Source: Paracoccaceae bacterium
Lineage (GTDB): Bacteria > Pseudomonadota > Alphaproteobacteria > Rhodobacterales > Rhodobacteraceae
Assembly: GCA_007128135.1 (NCBI GenBank)
Contig: SKYA01000028.1
Span: forward strand, 1,136 to 65,135
DNA: 64,000 nucleotides
Reading direction: 5' to 3'
The stretch's first letter is position 1. Each line of letters begins with the position of its first letter. Of this stretch, positions 39,468-49,469 are shown piece by piece. The notes beneath the pieces are model-generated. The model made no database searches and was not told the DNA's origin. It was given only the letters and a program-made list of their open reading frames with translations. Both the position numbers and the translations under genes were made by a program.

Positions 39468-40325
39468 ATGGTCAGATTTTCGCGATCCGGTGTTGTCGTT
39501 GCGGCTTTGCTGGTGTTTTCCCCGCCGGCCCTTGCGGAAACCGAGCCCAGCCGTGACACTGTCCTGGCAACGGTGAACGGCACTGACATCACCCTGGGTC
39601 ATGTCCTGGCCGCACGCGACAACCTGCCCGAGCAGTTCCGCGCCATGCCGCCCGATGCACTGTTTCAGCCCCTGGTCGAGCAGCTGATCGAGCAGACCGC
39701 CATCATGCAGGAGGCCGAAGGGACCCTGAGCCCGCGCGAACGGATCGCGTTCGAGAACGAGCAGCGCGCCTTCATCGCCAATGCAGCGCTGACGCGAGCG
39801 GCCAATGCTGCCCTGACCGAAGAGAACATCGACGCCGCCTACACCGCCTTTGTCACTGAATTCGACGGCCGCGAGCCGACACCGGAGTTTAACGCCTCGC
39901 ATATCATCGTCGAGACCGAGGAAGAGGCGCTTGCGCTGCGTGAACAGCTCGACGCAGGCGCGGATTTCGCCGAACTCGCGCGCGAGCATTCGCGCGACGG
40001 AGCCGCGGCGGCGGGCGGCGCGCTGGGCTGGTTCGGCCTCGGCGCGATGATCCCGGAATTCGAGGAGGCCGTGACGGAGATGGAGGTGGGCAGCTACATG
40101 GGCCCGCTCGAGACGCGCTTCGGCTGGCATCTCGTCTTGCTCAACGACACGCGCATGTCCTCTGCCCCGCCACTGGATGAGGTGCGCGAGGCGCTGGAAC
40201 AGAACCTGCAACGCGAGGCCGCGCAGGCCGAACTGACCCGCGCGACCGAAGCCGCCAGCATCGAACGCCGGTATGAGGGGTTCGACTCCTCGATCCTGGC
40301 ACGCAGCGAGTTGCTGGACGACTGA
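39468..40325 (+). CDS. Periplasmic parvulin-type peptidyl-prolyl isomerase (PpiC/SurA-like)
   Basis: Signal peptide ending ALAETE. Rotamase domain [12 protein letters not shown]...[17 protein letters not shown]...FGWHLVLL. Confidence 0.85.
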   Translation: MVRFSRSGVVVAALLVFSPPALAETEPSRDTVLATVNGTDITLGHVLAARDNLPEQFRAMPPDALFQPLVEQLIEQTAIMQEAEGTLSPRERIAFENEQRAFIANAALTRAANAALTEENIDAAYTAFVTEFDGREPTPEFNASHIIVETEEEALALREQLDAGADFAELAREHSRDGAAAAGGALGWFGLGAMIPEFEEAVTEMEVGSYMGPLETRFGWHLVLLNDTRMSSAPPLDEVREALEQNLQREAAQAELTRATEAASIERRYEGFDSSILARSELLDD

Positions 40326-40388
40326 CGGCCCCGGGTGTATGCAGCGAAGAGCGCCGGACCGCTGGCGGTCCGGCATTTTTCATGGAGC

Positions 40389-41699
40389 ATGGGGATGGGC
40401 GCGAAAAAGAAGCTTAAGCGCAAGATCAAGTCGCTGAAAGCGAAACTCAGGAAGAAGGGCGCAGCCCCCGCTGTCTCGCCGCTGGCCCCGGCGGCCTTTC
40501 CCGATCTGCCGGTCATTCGCGGTGCGCGCTTTGCGTCCGCCTCTGCCGGTGTCCGCTACAAGGGCCGAACCGATGTGATGCTGGCTCTTCTTGCCCCCGG
40601 ATCGGTGCTGGCGGGCAGTTTCACCCGCTCAGCCACGCGCGCGCCCTCGGTATTCAATGCACAACGCAAGATCGGGGACACGGCGGCGGACGGCGCGGCC
40701 ATCCTGGTCAATTCCGGCAATGCCAATGCCTTCACCGGCGCCGAAGGCGTGGCGGCTGTGCAGTCGATCTGCGAGGCCGTTGCGCAAACGCTTGGGTTGC
40801 CCGAGTCGCGCGTCTTCACTGCGTCCACTGGTGTGATAGGCGAATTGCTTCCGCATGAGCGGATCACGGCCGTTCTCGATCAGCTTGCCGCAGAACTTTC
40901 CGAAGCGTCCCTGCCCGACGCGGCGCGCGCGATCATGACAACCGACACCTTTCCTAAAGGGGCCGCGGCGACGGTCGAGATTGGCGGCGTGCCGGTGCAG
41001 ATTGCAGGGATTGCAAAGGGTTCGGGCATGATCGCTCCCGACATGGCGACCATGCTGGTCTATATCTTCACGGATGCGCGCATCACCCGGCCCGTGCTGG
41101 AATCCATGGTCACGCGCCTGACCGACAAGACCTTCAACTGCATTACGGTCGATAGCGACACCTCGACTTCCGACATGCTGCTGGTCGGTGCCACCTGCCA
41201 GTCCGAGGCGCCGCTGATCGAGCTTGACAACAGCCCTGCGGGCGTCGCCTTTGCGCAGGCGTTGGGCGAGGTGATGCGCGATCTCGCTCATCAGGTCGTA
41301 CGCGATGGCGAGGGGGCGACGAAATTCATTGAAGTTGTGGTCTCGGGGGCGCGTTCGGATGCCGATGCGCGCCGCGTCGCCTTTGCGATTGCCAATTCGC
41401 CGCTGGTCAAGACAGCCGCTGCGGGCGAGGATCCGAACTGGGGCCGGATCGTGATGGCCGTGGGCAAATCCGGGGCCGAGGCTGACCGCGACCGCCTTTC
41501 GATTCGCCTTGGCCCGCATCTTGTTGCCTATCAGGGACAGGTGGCACGCAGCTACAGCGAAGAGGTGGGCGCCGCCTACATGAAGAACGCCGAGATCGTC
41601 ATCGGGGTCGATCTGCGCCTTGGTGTGGGGGCCGCGACTGTCTGGACCTGCGATCTGACCAATCGCTATATCGAGATCAATGCGGATTATCGCTCGTGA
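40389..41699 (+). CDS. argJ: Bifunctional glutamate N-acetyltransferase / amino-acid acetyltransferase ArgJ
   Basis: VSPLAP...GVRYKGRTDVML and the autoproteolysis-site context DMATMLVYIFTDA. Lys-rich N-terminal tail. The start is 40389 or 40395. Confidence 0.92.
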   Translation: MGMGAKKKLKRKIKSLKAKLRKKGAAPAVSPLAPAAFPDLPVIRGARFASASAGVRYKGRTDVMLALLAPGSVLAGSFTRSATRAPSVFNAQRKIGDTAADGAAILVNSGNANAFTGAEGVAAVQSICEAVAQTLGLPESRVFTASTGVIGELLPHERITAVLDQLAAELSEASLPDAARAIMTTDTFPKGAAATVEIGGVPVQIAGIAKGSGMIAPDMATMLVYIFTDARITRPVLESMVTRLTDKTFNCITVDSDTSTSDMLLVGATCQSEAPLIELDNSPAGVAFAQALGEVMRDLAHQVVRDGEGATKFIEVVVSGARSDADARRVAFAIANSPLVKTAAAGEDPNWGRIVMAVGKSGAEADRDRLSIRLGPHLVAYQGQVARSYSEEVGAAYMKNAEIVIGVDLRLGVGAATVWTCDLTNRYIEINADYRS

Positions 41700-42094
41700 A
41701 GACAGTTCTCGTGTCGGCAGTTGCGCTGGTTGATCCTGACGGGCGCGTGCTGCTGGCGCAGCGCCCCGAGGGCAAGTCCATGGCCGGGCTGTGGGAGTTT
41801 CCCGGCGGCAAGGTCGAACAGGGCGAGACCCCGGAGGCCGCGCTCATTCGCGAATTGCAGGAGGAACTTGGCATCGACACCTGGTCAAGCTGTCTTGCGC
41901 CGCTGACTTTCGCCAGCCACAGCTACCCGGATTTTCATTTGCTGATGCCTCTTTTTGTCTGCCGAAAATGGCAGGGGCAGCCACTGAGCCGCGAAGGCCA
42001 GACCCTGAAATGGGTGCGCCCCGCCAATCTGCGCGACTATCCGATGCCGCCTGCCGACGTGCCCCTTATCCCGATCCTGCGCGATTGGCTCTGA
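41696..42094 (+). CDS. mutT: NUDIX hydrolase, MutT-like (8-oxo-dGTP diphosphatase)
   Basis: Nudix box GLWEFPGGKVEQGETPEAALIRELQEELGI. GTGA overlap with the argJ stop. Confidence 0.8.
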   Translation: MKTVLVSAVALVDPDGRVLLAQRPEGKSMAGLWEFPGGKVEQGETPEAALIRELQEELGIDTWSSCLAPLTFASHSYPDFHLLMPLFVCRKWQGQPLSREGQTLKWVRPANLRDYPMPPADVPLIPILRDWL

Positions 42095-42220
42095 CTTGCC
42101 GCGTCACGACGGCGCAACCTTCCCGCCCGGCAAAGCCGGGCAGCGCCCGGGAAGGGCGAGGGTCGGGCGGGTGGGCGCCCTGAGCGGGCGCTTCTTCCGC
42201 GCGCGCGCCCTTGCGCTACC

Positions 42221-43759
42221 TCAGCCCGGGCGTGTTTCCTCATGCAGCATCGAGAGCCCTAGCTGCGCGCGTCGCCGCAGCCAAGGGTCGGGCCGGTAGC
42301 GCGGGTCACCGGTGGCGCGCATCATCCCCTCCAGAATCGACATCACCCGTGCAGGTCCGATTGCATCGGCCCAGGCCAGCGGGCCTTGCGGATAGTTCAG
42401 CCCCAACCTTACAGCACGGTCAATGTCGGCAGGTGTCGCCACCCGGTGCGTGGCGACCTGTGCGGCGATGTTGATGATCGTGGCAAGGATGCGCTGCGCC
42501 ACAAAGCCCGGACTATCGCCCAACACGCTCGCAGGTGTGCCATCGGCGGCCAGCATGGCCTGGGTGGTGGTCAGGATTTCCGGTCGCGTGGCAGGCGTGC
42601 CCATCAGGCTGCGTCGCCCCCTGAAGGCGAAAAGCGGATCGACCGCGACCACGCGCGCTGCATCCAGACCGCGACTGACGGCCACGGCACTGGCATCCAC
42701 GCCCAGAGGGGTGACCAGCAGGATCGAATCCGCTTGCGGGCTCGCGCCCTGATCCAGTGTCCCGCCAGCTTCGGTCACGACCTGCGCCAGCGCCGCAGCG
42801 GCCTCGGGGAGGGCCGGGTCGATCCAGAACCTGCCGCCCGTGTATGCCGGGACAGCGGCTTCCTCCGGCACGACTTGCCTGCCATTTTCGTAGCGGTAAT
42901 GTCCTTCGCCCGTCTTGCGTCCAAGGAGCCCCGCCTGCATTCGCTGGCCCATCATGACCGAGGGACGGTAGCGCGGTTCGTGATAGCTTTCGCCATAGAT
43001 GGCGAGCGAGGCCGGATGCGTGACATCAAGGGCCGTCAGGTCGATCAACTCGAACGGTCCCATGCGAAAGCCCGCCGCCTCGCGCATGATCCGGTCCACG
43101 GTGAAGAAATCGGCCACGCCCTCGCTGACCAGATGCGCGGCTTCCAACGTATAGCCGCGCCCGACCTGATTGACCAGAAACCCCGGTGCGTCGGCGACGC
43201 GCACGGGGCTGCGCCCCATGCGCCGTCCCAGCGCCATGAGCGCCTCGATCACCTCCGGGTCCGTGCGCACCCCGGCAATTACCTCGACCAGCGGCATCAG
43301 CGGCACCGGGTTGAAGAAGTGAAACCCTGCAATGCGCTCAGGGCGCGCGCAGTGGCCCGCAATCCGCGTGATCGAGAGCGAGGAGGTGTTCGATGTCAGG
43401 ATGCATTCGGGCGTGACCAGCGCCTCCAGCTCGGCAAATAGCGCGGCCTTGACATCGATATCCTCAACGATCGCTTCGACCACCACATCGGATGGCGCGA
43501 GCGCTGCAAGCCCGTCCGCGGGTGTAATGCGTGTCATTGCCGCCTCGGCTTCGGATCCGGTCATGCGACCCTTCTCGACAGCGCGAGACAGCATCCCGAC
43601 GACGAAATCGTGCGCCTCGCGCGCGGCGCCAGGGCGGGTGTCATGGATCAGCACCTGAACCCCGCCCATGGCCGCCACCTGCGCGATCCCGCGCCCCATG
43701 GCGCCTGCACCGACTATCCCAAGTGTCAGGTCGGGTGCATCGGCGGGTTTTCGGGCCAT
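42221..43759 (-). CDS. 3-hydroxyacyl-CoA dehydrogenase with duplicated C-terminal domain (PaaH-type architecture)
   Basis: GIVGAGAMGRGIA Rossmann motif and HFFNPVPLMPLVEV. A second C-terminal 3HCDH_C-like segment (LNYPQGPLAWADAIG), as in PaaH-type enzymes. Confidence 0.85.
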   Translation of the reverse strand: MARKPADAPDLTLGIVGAGAMGRGIAQVAAMGGVQVLIHDTRPGAAREAHDFVVGMLSRAVEKGRMTGSEAEAAMTRITPADGLAALAPSDVVVEAIVEDIDVKAALFAELEALVTPECILTSNTSSLSITRIAGHCARPERIAGFHFFNPVPLMPLVEVIAGVRTDPEVIEALMALGRRMGRSPVRVADAPGFLVNQVGRGYTLEAAHLVSEGVADFFTVDRIMREAAGFRMGPFELIDLTALDVTHPASLAIYGESYHEPRYRPSVMMGQRMQAGLLGRKTGEGHYRYENGRQVVPEEAAVPAYTGGRFWIDPALPEAAAALAQVVTEAGGTLDQGASPQADSILLVTPLGVDASAVAVSRGLDAARVVAVDPLFAFRGRRSLMGTPATRPEILTTTQAMLAADGTPASVLGDSPGFVAQRILATIINIAAQVATHRVATPADIDRAVRLGLNYPQGPLAWADAIGPARVMSILEGMMRATGDPRYRPDPWLRRRAQLGLSMLHEETRPG

Positions 43760-43762
43760 GGC

Positions 43763-44536
43763 TTATTCTCCCCTGAATCGTGCCGGGCGCTTTTCGAGGA
43801 ATGCGGCCATGCCCTCGGCCTTGTCGGTAGTGTCGAACAATGTCTCGAAGGCGCGGCGTTCCAGCATGATGCCTGTGTCAAGCGGCGCATCGGCCCCGGC
43901 CAGCACCACTTCCTTGATCTTGCGGGCCGCCAGCGGTGGCAGCGAGGCGATCCGCGCGGCGAGTTCCAGCGCGTGGGGCAGTACCTCGGCGTCCTCCACC
44001 ACTTCCGAGACGAGCCCCATCTCGAAGGCGACCCGCCCCGTGACCGGCTGCCCGGTCAGCAGCATCTGCATGGCCTTGAACTTGCCCACGGCCCGCACCA
44101 GCCGCTGCGTGCCCCCGCCGCCAGGCATGATGCCGACCCCGATCTCGGGCTGGCCCAGCCTGGCGCCCTCGCCTGCGATGATGATGTCGGCATGCATGGC
44201 CAGTTCCAGCCCGCCCCCCAGCGCAAAGCCGCGGATTGCCGCGATGACCGGCAGCGGGCAGGCGGCGATAACGCCCCAGGTCTGGCGCATGTCCACACGC
44301 GCGACATCCGTCGTGGACATGGTGGCAAATTCGCGCAGGTCGGCACCGGCAACAAAGGCGCGCTCGTCGCCGGTCATGACGATTGCGCGCAACTCAGGTT
44401 CCTGCACCGCCTGCATGAATGCCGCGGCCAGCGCCTTTCGCAGCGGTGTGTTGAGCGCGTTGCGCGCCTCGGGGCGGTTGATGCGCAAGAGGCGCACACC
44501 GGGCGCCGGGTCTTCCTGAAGGATCAGATCGGTCAT
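43763..44536 (-). CDS. Enoyl-CoA hydratase/isomerase (crotonase family, PaaF-like)
   Basis: 257 aa with crotonase motifs (FVAGADL, AAIRGFALGGGLELAMHADI). Lies 3 nt upstream of the dehydrogenase gene. Confidence 0.85.
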   Translation of the reverse strand: MTDLILQEDPAPGVRLLRINRPEARNALNTPLRKALAAAFMQAVQEPELRAIVMTGDERAFVAGADLREFATMSTTDVARVDMRQTWGVIAACPLPVIAAIRGFALGGGLELAMHADIIIAGEGARLGQPEIGVGIMPGGGGTQRLVRAVGKFKAMQMLLTGQPVTGRVAFEMGLVSEVVEDAEVLPHALELAARIASLPPLAARKIKEVVLAGADAPLDTGIMLERRAFETLFDTTDKAEGMAAFLEKRPARFRGE

Positions 44537-44659
44537 TGCTTCCCCGGTTAAAGGTCGATCACGTCGTGAACTGGGCTGATCTTATGGCAATATCATCTCA
44601 CTATGGACAGACCCGTGCGCGTTTTTTTTCTCACGAATGCCCGAACACCGGCCTTGCGC

Positions 44660-45946
44660 TCAGGGTTTTTGAAACCGTCCGGGCGCAAAAGGCGCCAGCG
44701 GAAGGTTGACATGCTGGCCCGCGATCATCTGCGCCAGAACCTGCCCGGTGCGCGCTCCACCTGTCAGTCCGATATGGTGGTGGCCAAAACCAAGCCACGC
44801 CCCGGAAAGGCCAGGAACCTCTCCGATCAGCGGCAGTGAGTCCGCGGGCACCGGGCGGTGCCCCATCCACTCGGTTTCCCTCTGCCAGCGCAATTCGGGA
44901 AAGGTGCGGGCAATGTGATGGCGCAGAAGTCGCAGCGGTGCGGTCGAGGGGCCTGCATCAAGCCCCCCATATTCGACGATGCCTGCAAGCCGCAATCGTC
45001 CCTCCATCGGAGTCACGACAAACTTGCCAGCGGCGACCATCATGGGCGCGCGCAAGGAATGCGAAGGCTCCCACAGGTCGATGTGATAGCCCCGTTCGCT
45101 TTCCAGCGGCACGCGCAGCCCGAGCCGCGAGGCCATCGGACCGGACCAGGCGCCGGTCGCCAGTACGACAGCATCGCACCCGAGCGTTTCCTCATGCCCG
45201 TCGCCGGTGGCAAGCCGGACGCCCGTGACATGCCCGCCCGCGCGGGCGATGTCGCGCAACTCGGCCTTGAGAAACTTGCCGCCCTGTGCGACGACATGCG
45301 CGGCAAGACGCTCGACATAGCTGCCCGGATCATTGATCCGCCCATGGTCTTGCAGCCGAGCGATGAAATTCACGCCGGGGCCGATGGCCGGGTCGCAGTC
45401 GCGCGCCCTGGCGCCCTCTGCCTCGTCCCAGCGAAACCCGAGCGCGCGCCGCAATTCCCAGCCAAAGGAATCGGCCGCGTAATCCTGTCGGCTTCGATAG
45501 AGATAGATATACTCCGACGGCACCACGAGCGCCTCTGCCCCGGTTTGCGCCGCGAGCGCCTGATGATCGGCCAGGGAGTTGCCGACAAGCCCGGCAAGCG
45601 CGGTGGCGATGCGGCGCGTATCCGCCGCATTGGCGTGGCTCAGATAGCGTATCATCCATGGCGCGAGCCGCGGCAGGTAGGACCAACGCAGGAAGAGCGG
45701 CGCGCGCGGGTCCAGTAGCATTCGTGGTGCCCTGGCCAGCAGCCCCGGCACCGTGACCGGCACCACTGCGCATGAGGCCAGCACGCCACCATTGCCGAAA
45801 CTCGCGCCCGCCGCCGGCCCCTCGCGATCAATCAGGGTGACGCGCTGGCCCAGTCGCTGAAGCCAGACTGCCGTGGCGACCCCGACCATTCCGGCCCCGA
45901 TCACCGCGACATGCCTGCCTGACCTTCCTGAGTCTGCATCTGCCAT
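44660..45946 (-). CDS. FAD-dependent oxidoreductase (DAO / D-amino-acid dehydrogenase-like)
   Basis: HVAVIGAGMVGVATAVWLQRLG dinucleotide-binding motif, ~428 aa, DadA-like. ATG at 45946. Confidence 0.8.
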   Translation of the reverse strand: MADADSGRSGRHVAVIGAGMVGVATAVWLQRLGQRVTLIDREGPAAGASFGNGGVLASCAVVPVTVPGLLARAPRMLLDPRAPLFLRWSYLPRLAPWMIRYLSHANAADTRRIATALAGLVGNSLADHQALAAQTGAEALVVPSEYIYLYRSRQDYAADSFGWELRRALGFRWDEAEGARARDCDPAIGPGVNFIARLQDHGRINDPGSYVERLAAHVVAQGGKFLKAELRDIARAGGHVTGVRLATGDGHEETLGCDAVVLATGAWSGPMASRLGLRVPLESERGYHIDLWEPSHSLRAPMMVAAGKFVVTPMEGRLRLAGIVEYGGLDAGPSTAPLRLLRHHIARTFPELRWQRETEWMGHRPVPADSLPLIGEVPGLSGAWLGFGHHHIGLTGGARTGQVLAQMIAGQHVNLPLAPFAPGRFQKP

Positions 45947-46057
45947 GTCCACGCTCCTGCCATGCGATCGCCTGCATGGTCTAGGGCCACCGACGGGTCC
46001 GCGCAAGCGCAGAGCCGCGCTGGCCTGTCGTCGGCAGCAGCGCACGGTGCATGGCGC

Positions 46058-46915
46058 TCAGTACCAGAGCCGGAATTGTTCACGCGTGATCTTCAGAAGC
46101 CGCGCCTGAAGCCGTGCGCTGCGCAGGCGCAGCGGCATGGCCGCATGGGCGGGTTGCGACAGGATCGGCGCATCCGCGATCAGTCTCGCCTGACCGCTCT
46201 CGTCCAGTGCACGCGCCGTCTGTTCGAAGACATAGCCACTGGCGCCAAGTTTCAGGATCATGTCCGCCGCCGCATCCGCGCGCCCGACCGTCATCGGGGC
46301 GCCTACGAATTGCGGCAACTGCCTGCGATGCGCGGCCTCGAAGGCAGGGGCGTAATTCCCGAAGACATAGCGGTGCACATCCACGTCCGAAAGCCGCAGG
46401 GCATGGGTCGAGATCATGCGATAGCGAATATCGCCCAGTCCCGTGAAATGCAGGTCCGGATGCGGGCGGGGAGTGAACAGCACCGCGAAATCCAGCGTGC
46501 CCGAGATCAGGTCGCTGCACATCTGGTTGGAGTAATCGAGCTCGAAATATATGGCCATGCCGGGAAAGGTCGCCTGAAACCTAGCCGCCCAATCTGCCAG
46601 ATGGCTGGTCGCCAGATCATGCTGAAGACCCAGTCGCAGCACCAGCGCGCGCTCGCCCCGATGCTCTACCGAGCGTTTCGCAGCCGTCCATTCCGCGCGC
46701 AACGCGCGGGCATGCGGTTCGAATCTCAGCCCCTGGGTGGTCAGGTCCGTACCTGCGCGCGAGCGACTGAACAGCGCGGTTCCGAGGGCCCGCTCCAGGG
46801 CCTTGAGCCGGGCCGAGACAGTCGATTGCGTGACACCCAGCCGGTCTGCCGTGCGGTGGAAGCTGCGCGTCTCGCACAGGTCCAGGAAAGTGGTGATCTG
46901 GTCGATCTGCATCAT
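46058..46915 (-). CDS. LysR-family transcriptional regulator
   Basis: N-terminal wHTH (ITTFLDLCETRSFHRTADRLGVTQSTVSARLKALE) plus an LTTR substrate-binding domain. Divergent from the 47028 operon. Confidence 0.9.
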   Translation of the reverse strand: MMQIDQITTFLDLCETRSFHRTADRLGVTQSTVSARLKALERALGTALFSRSRAGTDLTTQGLRFEPHARALRAEWTAAKRSVEHRGERALVLRLGLQHDLATSHLADWAARFQATFPGMAIYFELDYSNQMCSDLISGTLDFAVLFTPRPHPDLHFTGLGDIRYRMISTHALRLSDVDVHRYVFGNYAPAFEAAHRRQLPQFVGAPMTVGRADAAADMILKLGASGYVFEQTARALDESGQARLIADAPILSQPAHAAMPLRLRSARLQARLLKITREQFRLWY

Positions 46916-46931
46916 GGACAGACTGCGCCTT

Positions 46932-46950
46932 CTGATCGTAAAAGCCGATC
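46932..46950. promoter_or_regulatory. LTTR-box candidate (TGATCG-N7-CGATCA, containing ATC-N9-GAT)
   Basis: Perfect 6-bp inverted repeat in the 112-nt lysR / operon intergenic region. It fits the T-N11-A / ATC-N9-GAT LysR-type motif. Confidence 0.45.
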
Positions 46951-47027
46951 AATAACCGCTGGTTTGTCGAATTGAAAGCGGGACGGGCTATTGCAATACT
47001 GCCGTCATCGGGCAAGGGGCAGGGCTG

Positions 47028-49469
47028 ATGGCAGAGTTTCCGACACAGGCGCGGGTCGTGATCATCGGAGGAGGTGTGGTCGGAGCGTCCTGCCTGTATC
47101 ATCTGGCCCGCGCAGGCTGGCGCGACTGTCTGCTGCTCGAGCGCAATGAACTGACGGCGGGGTCGACATGGCATGCCGCGGGCAATGTGCCCACCTTCTC
47201 TTCCTCATGGTCGATCATGAACATGCAGCGGTATTCCGCGGAACTCTATCGCGGGCTGGGCGCGGCGGTGGATTACCCAATGAACTATCATGTCACCGGA
47301 TCGGTACGGCTGGGGCATACGGTGGAGCGGCTGCGAGAATTCGAGCGCGTCAAGGGCATGGGGCGCTATCAGGGCATGGACCTCGAGGTGCTCGCCCCTG
47401 ACGATATCCGCAGCCGATATCCGTTTGTCGAGACGCATGACCTTTCTGGGGCGCTGTATGACCCGTATGATGGCGATATAGACCCCGCGCAGCTGACCCA
47501 GGCTCTGGCCAAGGGTGCCCGCGATGCCGGCGCGCGGATCGAGCGGTTTTGCCCGGTGACAGCGGCGCGCTGGACCGGGAGCGAGTGGGCTCTCAAGACT
47601 CCGAAGGGCGAGATACGTTGCGAATATGTGGTCAATTCGGCAGGCTATTACGCGGCGCGCGTGGGCGCGATGTTCGGCCGCCGCGTGCCGATGATGGTGA
47701 TGAGCCATCAATACCTGTTGTTCGACACAATCCCCGAGCTTGAGGCGTGGACCCGTGAGGTGGGCCACAAACTGCCGCTGTTGCGCGATGTGGACAGCAG
47801 CTACTATCTGCGGCAGGAAAAATCCGGCTTCAACCTGGGCCCGTATGAGAACCCCGGTCGCGCACACTGGGTCTCGCCGGATGATCCCATGCCCGAGGAT
47901 TTCAGCTTCCAGCTTTATCCGGACGATCTGGAGCGGATCGAATGGCAGATGACGGATGCCATGGCGCGCGTGCCGCTGCTGGAAAAGGCGGCCCTGCAAA
48001 AGGTCATCAACGGTCCCATTCCCTACACGCCCGACGGCAACCCGCTGATCGGCCCAATGCCCGGCGTGCCCAATGCCTATGAGGCCTGTGTCTTTACTTT
48101 CGGCATATGTCAGGGCGGCGGCGCGGGCAAGGTGCTTGCCGAATGGGTCATGGAGGGCGCGACCGAATGGGACATGTGGTCCTGCGACCCGCGCCGTTTC
48201 ACCGGGTTCGAGGATCACGACTATTGCGTGGCCAAGGGGATGGAGGTGTATGGCCATGAATATGCCATCCATTTCCCGCATCACGCGTGGCCCGCCGGGC
48301 GCGGCAAGAAACTCTCACCGGTTCACGCCGAGGTGGCGGCGCTGGAGGCGCAGTTCGGCGCCTTCAACGGCTGGGAGCGTGCGCTATGGTTTGCCCGCCC
48401 GGGCGATGACACTTCAGAGCAAGCGCAAAAGACATGGGATCGCGAGGGGCCGTGGTTCGCGGCCGTCAAGGCCGAATGCGAGGCAGTGCGCGATGCCTGC
48501 GGCATTCTCGACCTGCCGGGGTTCTCGCGGTTCCGGCTGAAAGGGGCCGGGGCGGACGACTGGCTTGCACGACAGATTACCGGACGCGTGCCCGGGGTCG
48601 GGCGCGTTGGGCTGGGCTATTTCGCCGACGACAAGGGGCGGATCGTCACGGAAATGTCGCTGGCGCGAATGGCGCCGGACGAAGTGCTGCTGATCACGGC
48701 GGCAACGGCGCAGGGCCATGACGGCGACTGGCTGAGCCGTCATCTGGAGCCTGGCCTGACACTGGTGGATGAAACCGACGACTGGTCCTGCCAGATCCTG
48801 ACCGGTCCGCGTGCGCGTGATATCCTTGCACAGGTGTGTATCGGCGATCTGCTGCGTCCCTGGCTGACGCATCAGGCAGTGCAGATTGACGAGCGCGCGT
48901 GCCATCTGATGCGCGTTTCCTTTGCCGGAGAACTGGGCTGGGAGGTGCATGCCCGCGCTGCCGACATGCCCGCCATCCGCGCAGCGGTGATGGAGGCAGG
49001 CAAGCCGCATGGGCTGAAACCCTTCGGCATGTACGCGCTCAATTCGCTTCGGATCGAGAAAGCCTATCGCGCGTGGAAGGGCGATCTTTCGACCGATTAC
49101 ACGATGCTGCAAGGCGGGTTTGAGAGATTCATCGATTGGGACAAACCCAAATTCCGGGGTAAAGCGGCGCTCTCGAGCGAGAAGGAGGCAGGGGTTGCCA
49201 AGCGGTTCACCGTGCTGAAGGTTGCGGCGGGCGAATGCGACCCGCCCTATATGTCCACCCTCTGGCATGATGGGGCAGTGGTGGGCGAGACGACCAGCGG
49301 CTATTGGGGCCATCGCGTCGGGGCCTGCCTTGCGCTGGGGATGCTGCGCGCCGATCTGGCGCAACCCGGTACGCAGATCGAGGTCGAGATATTCGGCAAG
49401 CGCTGCGCGGCCGAGGTGCTGGGCGATGGCCCGGTCTGGGACCCCGGCAACGAACGGCTGCGCGCATGA
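47028..49469 (+). CDS. DMGDH/sarcosine-dehydrogenase-like FAD oxidoreductase with GcvT domain (paralog 2)
   Basis: VVIIGGGVVGASCLYHLA, the STWHAAG motif, and the C-terminal FAGELGWEVH aminomethyltransferase-like domain. Confidence 0.85.
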   Translation: MAEFPTQARVVIIGGGVVGASCLYHLARAGWRDCLLLERNELTAGSTWHAAGNVPTFSSSWSIMNMQRYSAELYRGLGAAVDYPMNYHVTGSVRLGHTVERLREFERVKGMGRYQGMDLEVLAPDDIRSRYPFVETHDLSGALYDPYDGDIDPAQLTQALAKGARDAGARIERFCPVTAARWTGSEWALKTPKGEIRCEYVVNSAGYYAARVGAMFGRRVPMMVMSHQYLLFDTIPELEAWTREVGHKLPLLRDVDSSYYLRQEKSGFNLGPYENPGRAHWVSPDDPMPEDFSFQLYPDDLERIEWQMTDAMARVPLLEKAALQKVINGPIPYTPDGNPLIGPMPGVPNAYEACVFTFGICQGGGAGKVLAEWVMEGATEWDMWSCDPRRFTGFEDHDYCVAKGMEVYGHEYAIHFPHHAWPAGRGKKLSPVHAEVAALEAQFGAFNGWERALWFARPGDDTSEQAQKTWDREGPWFAAVKAECEAVRDACGILDLPGFSRFRLKGAGADDWLARQITGRVPGVGRVGLGYFADDKGRIVTEMSLARMAPDEVLLITAATAQGHDGDWLSRHLEPGLTLVDETDDWSCQILTGPRARDILAQVCIGDLLRPWLTHQAVQIDERACHLMRVSFAGELGWEVHARAADMPAIRAAVMEAGKPHGLKPFGMYALNSLRIEKAYRAWKGDLSTDYTMLQGGFERFIDWDKPKFRGKAALSSEKEAGVAKRFTVLKVAAGECDPPYMSTLWHDGAVVGETTSGYWGHRVGACLALGMLRADLAQPGTQIEVEIFGKRCAAEVLGDGPVWDPGNERLRA

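Noticed and set aside
42125-42200. GC-rich hairpins (GCCCGGC-AAA-GCCGGGC and others) between convergent mutT and the dehydrogenase gene as intrinsic terminators
   Set aside because: Stems exist, but there are no convincing U-tracts on either strand. They are noted only as possible structures and not listed as features.
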